A stretch of 64,000 nt of DNA from Kiritimatiellia bacterium (GCA_050950285.1 JBMNHG010000003.1:1-64000), one strand, 5' to 3'. Positions 19,824 through 30,632 are shown, counted from the stretch's first letter. Notes: a model not told the origin generated them from the letters alone. Numbers and translations are program-made.

Positions 19824-20186
19824 ATGAATGACTCCCTGATGACGAAAACCGTATCGGACCGGTTGCGCGACGCCGGGGCCGTCGTGGTCGGATTCGCCGA
19901 CCTGGCACCGTTGGACGAAACAACCCGGCAGGGCTTCCCCCGGGCCGTCTCGTTCGCGATGCCGCTCAGCCCCTCCATCGTAGCGGGGATCGCCGAGGGG
20001 CCAACCGAGGCCTACGCCGGGGAATACAGCCGCCTCAATTCCCTGCTGACGCAAACGGCACAGGATATCGCCGCCTTCATCGAGACTCGGGGCTGGCGGG
20101 CGCAGGCACGCCCTGCCACCGGCGACTGGTCCACCGCCACCTTGCGGGCGCCGTTTCAGCACAAGACCGCCGCCACGCTGGCCGGC
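19824..20186 (+). pseudogene. Epoxyqueuosine reductase-like (QueG/4Fe-4S family) 5' fragment
   Basis: VVGFADL, RAVSFAM.L, EYSRLNSLL, FQHKTAATLAG; then fused to unrelated DNA, Fe-S cluster motifs lost. Confidence 0.7.
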
Positions 20187-20294
20187 CGCGATCTGGTCGG
20201 CCAGCGCGTGCTGCTCGATGCTGCCCGAGTCGCCGGTCGCCTTCTTCGGCCCGGCGGCGTTCTCGCTGATCTGGGTGTCGAGGTTCTCTGCCAC
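20185..20294 (-). pseudogene. 5' fragment of a small prophage-cluster gene
   Basis: GTG-AENLDTQISENAAGPKKATGDSGSIEQHALADQIAA, a type of gene normally found downstream of GpA terminase (recalled). Confidence 0.55.
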
Positions 20295-20482
20295 GGTGTT
20301 CTCTCGCTGGCGGCCGACCATCGGCCGTCTACGGGTTATATACGCGGCGAGAGAGCAAAGTGGCGGGAGAAAAGTGAAGATTTCTGCGGCGGGTTCTACA
20401 GGTAGAACATGCGGACAAAAAACCGTGCGCCGATCTTGTCGACGCACGGTTCAGAATGATTGACGGCTCGTGCGTCAGCGCA

Positions 20483-21091
20483 TCAACGAGCGTATGTCTC
20501 GATGGCGCGGCGACCGTCTTTGATCTCGAGAACACCGAACCCGATATGCGCGTCCGGCAAGTTCACATGCGTCATGGCACGATACCATCGCGGCACCTTG
20601 CCCCTGCGCCCCATGAAGATGGTGTCATCGGGAAGGTTACCGATGAGCGAAAACGCGTCTTCGACCCGGCTCGCACTTTGACCCGCCACGCCCAGGCAGG
20701 CACTCTTGACGGAATCCAGCCCCTCCTGAAGTCGAGCGAGCGACTCCTGGATTTCATACACAGCAAATGGATTCCAAATCATGCACGTCGGCGGCCCCAT
20801 GTGCCCGCTGATAGTGAAATCCGCCCCCGTCCTGGCTCCGATGAGTTCCACGAATGGTTCCTTCCCAGGGCTGACATGCGAGACGAAGAGGCGCGGCCCG
20901 GGCCAATCGCCAGCGTTGTCGACGGTTCGCACAAGATCGGTGTACTGGGAAAGCGTGGTCCAGACCTTCCCGCCTCCACCGGCGATAGGACTCTGCATCA
21001 TCTTTGATCCTGGCAGTAGGTTTCCGCCGAGCCCATAGACAAGCACAGAACCGAGTTTCCCGTGGGTGTCGCTTATCAGCAAAAGTCGCAT
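20483..21091 (-). pseudogene. Metallophosphoesterase with an internal deletion
   Basis: LLISDTHG is joined directly to VYGLGG; the GD and GNHE motifs are missing; VSHVSP and ISGHMG are retained. Confidence 0.7.
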
Positions 21092-21101
21092 GCCTATCCC
21101 T

Positions 21102-22634
21102 CTACGGTTCCTCCGCTTCGCCATGGCCGTACGCGGATCGGATTGATTTCTCCATGCGCGCGGCCTCCTCGTCCGACAAGAATTCGAAGTGGCTGGTGCG
21201 CTTCCGCGCGGAGAGCCGACCGTTGTTCTGCAAGCACGCCTGGATGAAAAGATCAATCTTGCGGTCCGGCATGTCAACGATCTCCTGGATGGCCTTCCTG
21301 GTCTCGTCGTAGCGCGCCAGGAATGCCAGTTCTTCCACAAGTTCGGTGTCGATGGTCCGCTCGACAAATCTGGACAGGGCTTCCGCTTGCGGCGTCATGT
21401 CGATGAACCTGTACCAGTGGGCCGTTTCGTTCTGCACGGTCATCCGTCCTTGCTCATCCATCGCGTACTCCACGAGCGTCATCAGCGGACGGGAGAACGA
21501 CTCCAGCGATACGTCGTAGTCGGCAAGGTTCTTCAGCATGGCCGCAGACACGGGGAAAATCAGGCCTGCGGGGGTGAACCCGCGCCGGGCCAGGATGTTG
21601 TGGATCAGGAACCGGTGAATGCGGCCGTTACCATCCTCGAAGGGATGCAGAAAGACAAAGCCATACGCCACGGCGGCGGCATGGACCACGGCGGGGACGT
21701 CGCCCGCGTCCATCCGTTTGTGGGCGGCAATCAGTCCCTCCATCATCCCGGCCAGGTCTTCGGGTTTTGGGCAGACGAAATGCACCTTCTCCTTCTGCGG
21801 CCCGACAGTCTCTCCCACGTAGTTCTGTTCGGTTCGATAATCCGTGTCCCGGAAACGCGGATCGACGATGCGGTTCTGAAGGTCGAGCAAACGGCCCTTG
21901 TCGCAGAAGTCTTCCTTTTCGGCCAGTTGAAGCAGCGCAATGAACCGTTCCGTTCGCGTCGAGTTGGGCTTGATGTGTTCGATCTCGAAGGACGATTTGG
22001 TCTCCTTTGTGTAGAGGTAACTCATGGCCCGCTTCAGCAACTGGGGCGAATAGCCCAACACGATCTTCCGGCATCGTGCAGGCAGGTCGGCCTTTTCAAA
22101 TCCACGCAACGCGTCGGTTCGCCGGATCGTGGGACAAAACCGGGCATCACCCAGCAGGTTGTCGTTGATTCGCTGACGGCGCACCGGATGAGGGCGAACG
22201 GCCGTATAGTATTCATCAGTATCAAGGAGATCGACGTAGTTCCCCTTCGTCAAATCACTCACAGGCAGTTGCCTGCCCATCAGAAGCTCGTACAGAAACC
22301 ACGCCCGGCGGGCGTACTTCCCAAGGGGTTTCGATTTGATGTAGTCGAGGACATCATCCATCGCGATGGCCCGGAACAGGCTGGCAAGAATGGCGAGATT
22401 CGTACCGTCGTACTTGAGTGCGAACTCAAGATGATCTCCCACCTTGTCGCCCGGCCAGTACTTTGCAGGATAGATCTCCTCAACGATCCCTGCGGTCGAG
22501 TTGACTCTGTGGGTACTACCTGGCGCGATCATGGACACATGCCAGTTCGAGATCACATCCAGGCCGAATCGCTCTGCCAGAGCGGCGTACCCAGCTGGCC
22601 TCGCCAATGGCTCCTTAATTGTGCTTTCGTTCAT
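21102..22634 (-). CDS. Fic family protein
   Basis: Canonical HPFEDGNGRIHR motif. Confidence 0.92.
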   Translation of the reverse strand: MNESTIKEPLARPAGYAALAERFGLDVISNWHVSMIAPGSTHRVNSTAGIVEEIYPAKYWPGDKVGDHLEFALKYDGTNLAILASLFRAIAMDDVLDYIKSKPLGKYARRAWFLYELLMGRQLPVSDLTKGNYVDLLDTDEYYTAVRPHPVRRQRINDNLLGDARFCPTIRRTDALRGFEKADLPARCRKIVLGYSPQLLKRAMSYLYTKETKSSFEIEHIKPNSTRTERFIALLQLAEKEDFCDKGRLLDLQNRIVDPRFRDTDYRTEQNYVGETVGPQKEKVHFVCPKPEDLAGMMEGLIAAHKRMDAGDVPAVVHAAAVAYGFVFLHPFEDGNGRIHRFLIHNILARRGFTPAGLIFPVSAAMLKNLADYDVSLESFSRPLMTLVEYAMDEQGRMTVQNETAHWYRFIDMTPQAEALSRFVERTIDTELVEELAFLARYDETRKAIQEIVDMPDRKIDLFIQACLQNNGRLSARKRTSHFEFLSDEEAARMEKSIRSAYGHGEAEEP

Positions 22635-22819
22635 GGCGCTCCTCCGAAAAACGGTTACGAGGAGATATATATAGTTACTGGGCGGCCATAGTCAAGAAAA
22701 ACGTTTACCAGCCATCGTGTGCTCTTCGTCTCGAGTCACAAACGGAAAAACGCTTACACATTGTGCAAAACACTTACTACATCCACTCATCGCGGAAAAC
22801 CACTTACGGCGCCTATCTC

Positions 22820-22999
22820 CTATGCTTGGCATTCATACGTCGTCACCCGCCGGCCGCAGTGGCGGCACTCCCGGCGGCGCAGCAGGCGGCCGCCCGGGGC
22901 ACGCCGGGTGTAGAGCACCCGGAAATGCCTGCAACCGCAGGCCGGACACGTGATTCCCCGGCTCTCGCTACGTTCTCCCGTCCTGTCCGCCGTGTCCAT
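22820..22999 (-). CDS. NrdR/Ogr-like Zn-ribbon protein
   Basis: CPACG...RRRECRHCGRRVTTYE; its ATG overlaps the terminase stop. Confidence 0.75.
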   Translation of the reverse strand: MDTADRTGERSESRGITCPACGCRHFRVLYTRRAPGGRLLRRRECRHCGRRVTTYECQA

Positions 23000-24919
23000 C
23001 ACCGCTTGCTCCTTCGCAGTTCTGAAAGCCGAATCGGCGGCCGGGCCGGCGCGGCCCTGGCATCCGTTCCCGGCAGCACCGCCCCCTGGATCGACGCTGC
23101 CACGGCGCACCCAACCAGACCGTCGAGCCAGTGGTTGTCCTGGGCCTCCGGCCGCATGCGCCACTCGTCGACCACGCGGCCGCGCCCCTCGGTCCGCACC
23201 CGGTACTCGGCGGTGAGCTGCTCCGCCAGGAGCCGGTGCGCCCCGGCATCCCGCCCGAAGAGCGAGAGACAGCCCCGATCGCCCATCGGGACCGCCAGCC
23301 GGGCGTGGACAAAACTCTTCCAGTAGTTCGTATCGATCAGGACATGGCGCACCTGGCGTCGGCCCTGGACGGTGGGCACGCGCCAGTGGAGCCCCACGCG
23401 CTCGCCCTTCTTGCGCTTGTACTCGCTGAAGGGGACGCTCGACGCGCCCACGTAGCGGCCGTGGCTCGGCATGATGAGCCCCGCGTGGGCGCTCTGGCGG
23501 CAGAACTGGTAGACCACGTCCGTGGACTGGCCCCAGTTGGCGTCGATCAGGCAGCGCTCGATCCGCAACTCGGCCCCGTCGTCGCGCCGCCAGCGTTTGG
23601 CCAGGTACGCGTCGGTCAGCGTCTCCAGACCGGCGTAGATCGAGCCTTCCAGCCCGGTGCCCGGCGCGACGCGGGCGAGAGTCTTCTGCACCTCGCGCAG
23701 GGCGAAGACCGGACGTTGCTGGTCGGGATAGGTGCCATAGTCGACGACGTAGCCGGTAAAGTCGTCCTCCCAGGCGACGACGGCGTGGAAGAGCAGCTTG
23801 CCCTGCACGTCGATGAACATGGTCAGATGGCTGGCCCCGATGGGCACCACGCCGCGCGGCAGGCCGTTGGTCTTGGCGGCAATGGCGTCGGCGTTGAGCT
23901 GGTCGCTCTCGCCCTCCTCCTGCGGCAGGGGCTGGTTCTGGTACTCGGCCCAGAACGCCCGCTCGTCCTGGAGGCGCAGGTTCATTGCGTGCTGGATCGC
24001 CGATAGCTCGTCCTCGTTGTGGCGCTCGGGCCAGGCGATCACCGCGCCCGCGTCCATCTCCTTGCGGTACTTGCCGTAGAACTCGGTCGCCTCGTGGCCG
24101 TCGCCGTCGTTGCGGAAGCTGTCGGCGCGGATCTGGGCGTACTTGTCCCAGAGCTTCTCGTTCGACGGGAAGACATAAACCAGCCGGGTGCGTTCGCCCT
24201 GCCAGGCCGGGTGCTTGTCGCGGTCGAGAATCTGGTCGGCCATGTCGCCGGGACGGATCACCGTGCAGGGCATGATGCCCGAAATCTTCTGGCCTGGCCC
24301 TGCCAGGTTCAGGATCGCGCCGTTCAAGGTCTCCAACCGGGCCCGCACCTGCTGATCGCTGCGGGCCGACTCGTCGGTCTGCGGGTCGTCCAGTACCACC
24401 AGCGACGGGCGGACCGCGCGCCCGTCGGCACGCTTGAACTTCATGCCGCGAATCCGGCTCTCGATTCCCGCCACGCGAATGATCGCACCCGACGCCTTGC
24501 TGCCCGGAACCGTCGGCAGCACGATCTCGTCCGCCGTCCAGACAATGCGCGTGGGCTTGCCGCCGCAGAGCTGGCCCTTGGCCCGGTTGTGAATCCGCTC
24601 GAGCGCGTGGATCGGGAAGACCGCCTCGGGGAAATCGTCGAGCAGCCGCTCGTTGGTCTCGAACTCGACCTTGATGCTCTCCAGCATGCTGCGGGCATGC
24701 CCGGCGTCCGAGCCGATCAGGCAGACGAACTGCTGGGCCCCGGTCAGCATCGCCCAGATGCATGCCGTCTCCGCCAACGTGGTCTTGCCGCTGCCGCGCG
24801 GCATCGCCATCGCAAAGAGCCCGCCGCGCAACACGGCGGTCTCGATCTTGGCGATCACCTTCAGGTGGTCGTCCGACCACGGCAGGCTGAAGGTCTCGGG
24901 GAAGTACGCCTCGCAGAAG
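22999..24919 (-). pseudogene. Phage terminase large subunit (GpA-like), 5'-truncated
   Basis: Walker A MPRGSGKT, VLDDPQ, AEYQNQP, MFIDVQ, CLIDANWG, NHWLDGLVG; the sequence upstream of FCEAYF is replaced. Confidence 0.85.
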
Positions 24920-25292
24920 TTTACCCGTCAGATGAAGGTGGGCTTCCGCTGGGAGGCGGGGCGAGTGGTTGACGCAGAATGATCGACGGGGCGGTCAGGC
25001 GACCTGCTTCGTGCCCAGGATCATCGCTTCCACGTCAGCCTTGGTTCATGGCCTCATCACTCGCAGCAGGGACAGCACGAAGAACAGGCGAACGGCCCGA
25101 CAAAGGCGACGTACAGGACGGGCGAGACAGCCAGTCCAAAGACGGTCCCATGGGGGTCGTTCGTCCCAGCGCCGTGAGACAGTCACAGCACGGCCAGGGC
25201 GGACACAGCCGTCAAGCACCCGAATACGACGTTTCCGAAGTGGTTCATCGTGTTCCCATGATGTTAGGCAGGAGGTGTGCTAGGACGCAGAA

Positions 25293-27014
25293 CTACTCGT
25301 CATCTGCACGCTTACGTTCAACAGGGCTGACGACAACAGCCGTGAACTTCCATAGCCCGTTTGTCTGAACAACGGCAATGTCGTATTTCTCGTTCCTGGT
25401 CATCTTTCCACGGGATGAACTTACCACTGCGACGATTTGCGTCGGCGACGTTTCAGGAATAGCTTGAAAGCTCTCCAGCTTGAATTTGCCAAACCCTGCC
25501 TTCCTGAATGCCTCCTCGATATCGCGCGATTTCTCGTCTGAAATCTCGGTCTCGTCCTCAACCCCGGCAATGGCTTTCTTCGCCTGGGAAGTGAGATAGA
25601 ACAAGTAGTCCTTCAGATTTCCCTGAGCGTTGCTCCTCAGGAAACCGAGGAACGCCTTCTGCGGCGTCGAGCAGTCTCGATGGGGCAGGGTCTTCGTCAA
25701 CTCGGGGGTGATGTCCTTGCCCAGGATCGAGTCTGCCGTCGCGGGTTCTCCAGCAGACACCCAACCGACAGGGCTCGCGATAGCGATCATCAACACGACA
25801 CTGAACTGCAGAGCATTTACCATGTTCCACCTGACTTCACGACGTTGGTCCGCCCCGTTGTCGCCGGTCGCGTCCAGCGGATCGAGCCCGTAATGCACCT
25901 CCCATCCGTCGGGAAGCCCGTCTCCGTCCGAGTCGGCATTCAGCGCGGATGTGCCGTGAACGAAAAGCTCGGCAGAGTCGGACAGGCCGTCTCCATCGGT
26001 ATCCCAGTTGTGGGGATCGGTGCCGTAGAGCCGCACTTCGCGGCCGTCGGGGATGCCGTCGCCGTCGCTGTCATGGTGCGTCCAGGCGTCGTAGAAGCGC
26101 GTCACGCGGTTCGTCGATACCGCATCCACCCAGACCACGCGATTAGTTTGCATGTCCAGCGTGAGGGTGTCGGCGAGCGCCCAGTCCCTGGCGCAGAGGT
26201 CGGTGCAGGCGAAGATGTCGACGACATTCGTGCTCAGTCCTTCGTCCGGCCAGGCCAGCGTCAATCCGATGGTGCCGTTGGGGGTCGTGCCGATGGCCGT
26301 GAGCTGGAGATTCGAGACGCTGCCGCCCTCCTCGCCGAAGCGCATCATCGCGGCGGCCTCCCGCTCCTTTGCCAGCCGCGCGGCTTCGATGGAACGCGCC
26401 CGGACGTACTCGATCAGGTTGTCCTCGCCGACCAGCAGGTCGTAGCGCATACAGACGCGGGCGGGATCGTAGCAGGCGGTCAGCCAGTCCCGCCGCCACT
26501 CGTCGTAGGTGTCAAGCGCCGGGTATAGGGCGCGGACGAACCATTCCGGCGAATAGTCCCAGTCGCGCCCGATCCGGGCGATGACCTTCTGCTCCAGGCT
26601 TTCGATGACGATCTCGCGCCCCGGACTGCCCGCGTCCTCGTATATCCAGACCCGAAAGCGCACCACGCCGTCCGCGCCGATCTCGCCCGCGAGGCTGTCG
26701 ATGAAGGAGGCCGGGAAGGCTTTCAGGTCGAGGATGGGGAACGTCTCGCCAGGCTGAAAGAGGATGAAATCGGGGTCGGGCGGCGATATCCAAAGATAGA
26801 GTTCCTGATGCATGAGGAAGCGTTCAGCCAGGTCCTGCAAGCCGGTCGCCTGCCGTTCGACAAGACCCCGATGCAGCCGCCAGTTGTAGATATCCTCGGC
26901 ATTCTCGTCCTCCCCGAGCAGCGCCGCTACGACCCATGTGGCGCAGGCCATCGCAAGGGCCAAAGGCAGAAGCCGGAATCGCCGCGATTTCAGCAGGAAT
27001 CGCATCGAATGCAT
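25293..27014 (-). CDS. Polymorphic-toxin paralogue 1: conserved N-terminus fused in frame to an immunity-like ORF (toxin domain deleted)
   Basis: Matches paralogues 2 and 3 up to ...DPLDATGDNGAD (~25848), then runs into a second signal peptide MVNALQFSVVLMIAIA (ATG at 25823). Confidence 0.7.
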   Translation of the reverse strand: MHSMRFLLKSRRFRLLPLALAMACATWVVAALLGEDENAEDIYNWRLHRGLVERQATGLQDLAERFLMHQELYLWISPPDPDFILFQPGETFPILDLKAFPASFIDSLAGEIGADGVVRFRVWIYEDAGSPGREIVIESLEQKVIARIGRDWDYSPEWFVRALYPALDTYDEWRRDWLTACYDPARVCMRYDLLVGEDNLIEYVRARSIEAARLAKEREAAAMMRFGEEGGSVSNLQLTAIGTTPNGTIGLTLAWPDEGLSTNVVDIFACTDLCARDWALADTLTLDMQTNRVVWVDAVSTNRVTRFYDAWTHHDSDGDGIPDGREVRLYGTDPHNWDTDGDGLSDSAELFVHGTSALNADSDGDGLPDGWEVHYGLDPLDATGDNGADQRREVRWNMVNALQFSVVLMIAIASPVGWVSAGEPATADSILGKDITPELTKTLPHRDCSTPQKAFLGFLRSNAQGNLKDYLFYLTSQAKKAIAGVEDETEISDEKSRDIEEAFRKAGFGKFKLESFQAIPETSPTQIVAVVSSSRGKMTRNEKYDIAVVQTNGLWKFTAVVVSPVERKRADDE

Positions 27015-27100
27015 CCCTCCGAATGAACCAGCAGACTCAGGGGCACAGAATCCTAATAATTCTGCGTGTATGCGAATCGTTGAAGATGATTACGGAAACT

Positions 27101-27652
27101 CTATCGGGCAGATTCAGAACTAGGGGCAAGCCTCGCTGGTGTCGAACGTTCGGCAGGCTCTACCACCACCCACTTCATTTTCCGATCAACGCGCACCAAG
27201 TCGGAACGTGCAACTAGTTCCAAGCCTTCCGAGTTGTAGCGATACTTATGGACCGAGCGAAGTCCACCTTGCCCAGGGTGACGCCATCGCACCAGTATCT
27301 CGGCCTCGTTTGCACCCGGCAGCACGTCAATACCTTCGAGCACCGGAACGACACCTTTAAGGTTTGTGTCTGCCTCTCGAAGCAAGCGAAGAGAACCTTC
27401 CGAGGCGGCAGATGCGAAGTCGACCAAAGTCCCCTCATTCCCTCTTTTGCGATAGATAAGAATGTGTAAATCGGTTTGACCTTCAATGCTTACGATCTGT
27501 TCATCGGAAAAAACATACGGCCCTTCCCAAGATTGATGTGCCCGTACTGTCATTTCTTCGCGATCAATGATGCGCGTTGGATTCTGCGCGTAAATGAACT
27601 CGGACAACGCGAAGAGCACAAGAGCGGTCACAGTGTATAAGCGGGTGTTCAT
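27101..27652 (-). CDS. Exported protein, putative immunity protein for paralogue 2
   Basis: Signal peptide MNTRLYTVTALVLFALSEFIYA; starts 8 bp after the toxin stop; AT-richer like the toxin tip. Confidence 0.65.
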   Translation of the reverse strand: MNTRLYTVTALVLFALSEFIYAQNPTRIIDREEMTVRAHQSWEGPYVFSDEQIVSIEGQTDLHILIYRKRGNEGTLVDFASAASEGSLRLLREADTNLKGVVPVLEGIDVLPGANEAEILVRWRHPGQGGLRSVHKYRYNSEGLELVARSDLVRVDRKMKWVVVEPAERSTPARLAPSSESAR

Positions 27653-27660
27653 GGTCTCTC

Positions 27661-30231
27661 CTAGTCTATTTCGCCGCATACGATATCAACGTAGGCGCGA
27701 TGTGTGTCTCGGATTTGCCAGCTACCTGGTTCGGTGGGGGTTTTGTTCTTCCAGTAAATCACCCACAAGGCTGCACCATTGTAGCGCTGAATGGTGCATG
27801 CATCGATAGGTGTCCGATCTGTTCCTTTTCGGAAATCCACCCCATTAAATGTGAAGATGTAATTTTCAAGCGGCATGCCAGGTTCTTCGGCCTGTTGCTG
27901 CGCCTCCTGATTGGCTATCCACGCCACTGCGGCCGTGCGACATGGATTGGCAAGATGAGCTTTCCCATCAGCAATATTCTGCTTCCAATTCCAAAGTGCC
28001 TCATCACTCGGCGGGGGATCGAGTTGCATTATCCCCCATCCATTCGGAGCTCCGAAATTGGGGCAATGCTTGAAGTCGGCGGGGTTGGGCCCAAGAGTGC
28101 CAACCTCGTTGAACTGAATATATGTGCGACCGTTCTGGGTGCCTGACTCATGCCGAGCAATGGGTATTGCGTACCACGGATTGTTCCCGATTTCAGCTTC
28201 TGCTGCTGCTTCCGTTGGATTGTTCCCCCTGATATGAAATACGTGTTCGAACTCCAGACCCTGATATTCGCAGTAAAGAGTCGCCTTCCCGCCTCGGAAG
28301 TCCGCTGCAAACTCATCCGCGATATTCCAAACTTCTCCTGCTAAAAGCGTTTTCCAAGATGCTGCCGTCGGCCCTGGGTAATACGCATCATCATTTCGCG
28401 GGTTCCGTTTGTATTCGATGTGAAGCCGCCACTTGGCATTTCCCGGCAAGTTGGCTGGTTTGAGGGCCGCCGTGATCTGTGGCATTTGAGGTGTAGAGTT
28501 GATGTAAACATAGCCATTATCGTTGACGATGTTTGCCCCATCCTTTAACTCAACTTCAAGGACATCCACAAATGCCGCCGCCGTGATCTCGGCATAGGCG
28601 TCGGTATGGTACAACCCGTCGGCGGTATCGTACCGCAGCCGGACCGAACCGTTACTCCAGAACCAGACATTGGTGGTGGCCTGTTCGTCGACCATCGCGC
28701 AGCCGTTGCCGTTGTTGTGCCCTTCAAAGAAAGGGAGTTCCGACTGAAGCTCGGTGGCGGTATAGGCACGGACGGACACCTTGTCGTACCCGGAGTTGTG
28801 GTCCTCCACCCGGCCTTCGACGGTGAGCGAAAGCAGATAGCCGCAATGCATGAGCGGGCCGACACTGAAGATGTCTTCGATTTCCTGCCGGTTCGGATTG
28901 GTTCCGCCGCAGTTTTCCGAGTCCTCGACGTCCACCCGCAGGCTTGAGGTTCCCCGGCAGTGCATCAGGCGATGGATCAGCTGAGTCGCGTTGATGGCCG
29001 GATTGGCGGGGTCGCCGCCCATTTGGAATTCCTGAAGATTGGTGAACCCGTCGCCGTCGGGGTCGCCGTCCGCCCCGTTGTCGTCGGTCGCGTCCAGCGG
29101 ATCGAGTCCGTACTGGACCTCCCAGCCGTCGGGAAGCCCATCGCCGTCCGAGTCGGCATTCAACGCGGAAGTGCCGTGAACGAAAAGCTCGGCAAAGTCG
29201 GACAAGCCGTCCCCGTCGGTATCCCAGTCGTGCGCGTCGGTGCCGTAGAGTCGCACTTCGCGTCCATCGGGAATGCCGTCGCCGTCGCTGTCATGGTGCG
29301 TCCAGGCGTCGTAGAAGCGCGTCACGTGGTTCGTCGAGTCCGCATCCACCCAGACCACGCGATTGGTCTGCATGTCCAGCGTCAGGGTGTCGGCGAGCAC
29401 CCAGTCCCTGGCGCAAAGATCGGTGCAGACGAAGATGTCGACGACGTTGGTGCTCAGTCCTTCGTCCGGCCAGGCCAGCGTCAGTCCGATGGTGCCGTTG
29501 GTGGTCGGGCCGATGGCCGTGAACTGGAGATTCGAGACGCTGCCTCCCTCGCCGGATCGCATCATGGCGGCGGCTTCCCGCTCCTCGGCCAGCCGCGCCG
29601 CTTCGATGGATCGCGCCCAGACGTACTCGATCAGGTTGTCCTCGCCGACCAGCAGGTCGTAACGCATGCAGACGCGGGCGGGATCGTAGCAGGCGCTCAG
29701 CCAGTCCCGCCGCCACTCATCGTAGGTGTCAAGCGCCGGGTACAGGGCGCGGACGAACCACTCCGGCGAGTACTCGCGGTCACGCCCGATCCGGGCGATG
29801 ACCTTCCGCTCCAGGCTCTCGATGACGATCTCGCGGCCCGGGCTGTCCGCGTCCTCGTATATCCAGACCGGGAAGCGCACCACGCCGTCCGCGCCGATCT
29901 CGCCCGCAAGGTTGTCGATAAAGGACGCCGGAAAGGCTTTCAGATCGAGAATGGGGATCGTCTCGCCGGGCTGAAAGAGGATGAAATCGGGGTCGGGCGG
30001 CGCGATCCAGAGATAACTCTCCTGATCCCTCAGAAAACGTTCGGCCAAGTCATGCAAGCCGGTCGCCTGGCGCTCTACAAGAACCTGATGCAGCCGCTGG
30101 TTGTAGATATCCTCGGCGTTCTCGTCCTCCCCGAGCAGCGCCGCGATGGCCCATGTGGCACAGGCCATCGCAAGGGCCACAGGCAGAAGCCAGAATCGCC
30201 GCGCTTCGAGCAGTTTTCGCATCGAATGCAT
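27661..30231 (-). CDS. Polymorphic-toxin paralogue 2: signal/TM, Ig-like domain, DxDxDG repeats, C-terminal lysozyme/lytic transglycosylase-like domain
   Basis: Start MHSMRKLL. DSDGDGIPDG/DTDGDGLSD repeats. C-terminus has IARHES...GWGIMQL...NIADG..HL...IQRYNG (SLT motifs). Confidence 0.75.
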   Translation of the reverse strand: MHSMRKLLEARRFWLLPVALAMACATWAIAALLGEDENAEDIYNQRLHQVLVERQATGLHDLAERFLRDQESYLWIAPPDPDFILFQPGETIPILDLKAFPASFIDNLAGEIGADGVVRFPVWIYEDADSPGREIVIESLERKVIARIGRDREYSPEWFVRALYPALDTYDEWRRDWLSACYDPARVCMRYDLLVGEDNLIEYVWARSIEAARLAEEREAAAMMRSGEGGSVSNLQFTAIGPTTNGTIGLTLAWPDEGLSTNVVDIFVCTDLCARDWVLADTLTLDMQTNRVVWVDADSTNHVTRFYDAWTHHDSDGDGIPDGREVRLYGTDAHDWDTDGDGLSDFAELFVHGTSALNADSDGDGLPDGWEVQYGLDPLDATDDNGADGDPDGDGFTNLQEFQMGGDPANPAINATQLIHRLMHCRGTSSLRVDVEDSENCGGTNPNRQEIEDIFSVGPLMHCGYLLSLTVEGRVEDHNSGYDKVSVRAYTATELQSELPFFEGHNNGNGCAMVDEQATTNVWFWSNGSVRLRYDTADGLYHTDAYAEITAAAFVDVLEVELKDGANIVNDNGYVYINSTPQMPQITAALKPANLPGNAKWRLHIEYKRNPRNDDAYYPGPTAASWKTLLAGEVWNIADEFAADFRGGKATLYCEYQGLEFEHVFHIRGNNPTEAAAEAEIGNNPWYAIPIARHESGTQNGRTYIQFNEVGTLGPNPADFKHCPNFGAPNGWGIMQLDPPPSDEALWNWKQNIADGKAHLANPCRTAAVAWIANQEAQQQAEEPGMPLENYIFTFNGVDFRKGTDRTPIDACTIQRYNGAALWVIYWKNKTPTEPGSWQIRDTHRAYVDIVCGEID

Positions 30232-30288
30232 CTCTCTCAATGAACCAGCGGACTCAGGGCATAGACCCGCACGATCAAACACGAAGCC

Positions 30289-30317
30289 CTTGTACACAGA
30301 GGGAGCGGAATCGTCAA
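30289..30317 (-). promoter_or_regulatory. Putative sigma70 promoter for the toxin gene (equivalent at ~41203-41231)
   Basis: Minus strand TTGACG-N17-TACAAG; copy B has TTGACG-N17-TAAAAA. Confidence 0.45.
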
Positions 30318-30601
30318 GGATGGATTTGTCCGGCGAACTTTTTTCGCCAACCGTCCGCCACTTTCGCCCGCCGCCGGGTATGTATCTCGTAGAGGTGCGG
30401 CGAAGGGCGACCGGCGGTAAACCCGAAATAAGTTGTTCCGCTGGGAGCCCCCCCCTTACCTGTTGGATGCCGCTCGACAACCGGGAAAACGGGTACTGAA
30501 GCACTATATGTGTAACCAGCGGATGCCGCCAGTAAAGCCCTTTTGACCAGCCGATGTTTGAAGGCGACTCTCCGCATGGTGCGGAAATCTGGCGCACGGC
30601 C

Positions 30602-30632
30602 TTGACAATCGTAAGCACATCGGATATACATT
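30602..30632 (+). promoter_or_regulatory. Promoter of the AbrB/Doc pair (equivalent at ~41517)
   Basis: TTGACA-N17-TATACATT in both copies. Confidence 0.6.

Noticed and set aside
30400..30540. Riboswitch (c-di-GMP or similar) in the toxin leader
   Set aside because: I could not match any consensus by eye; an Rfam scan is needed.
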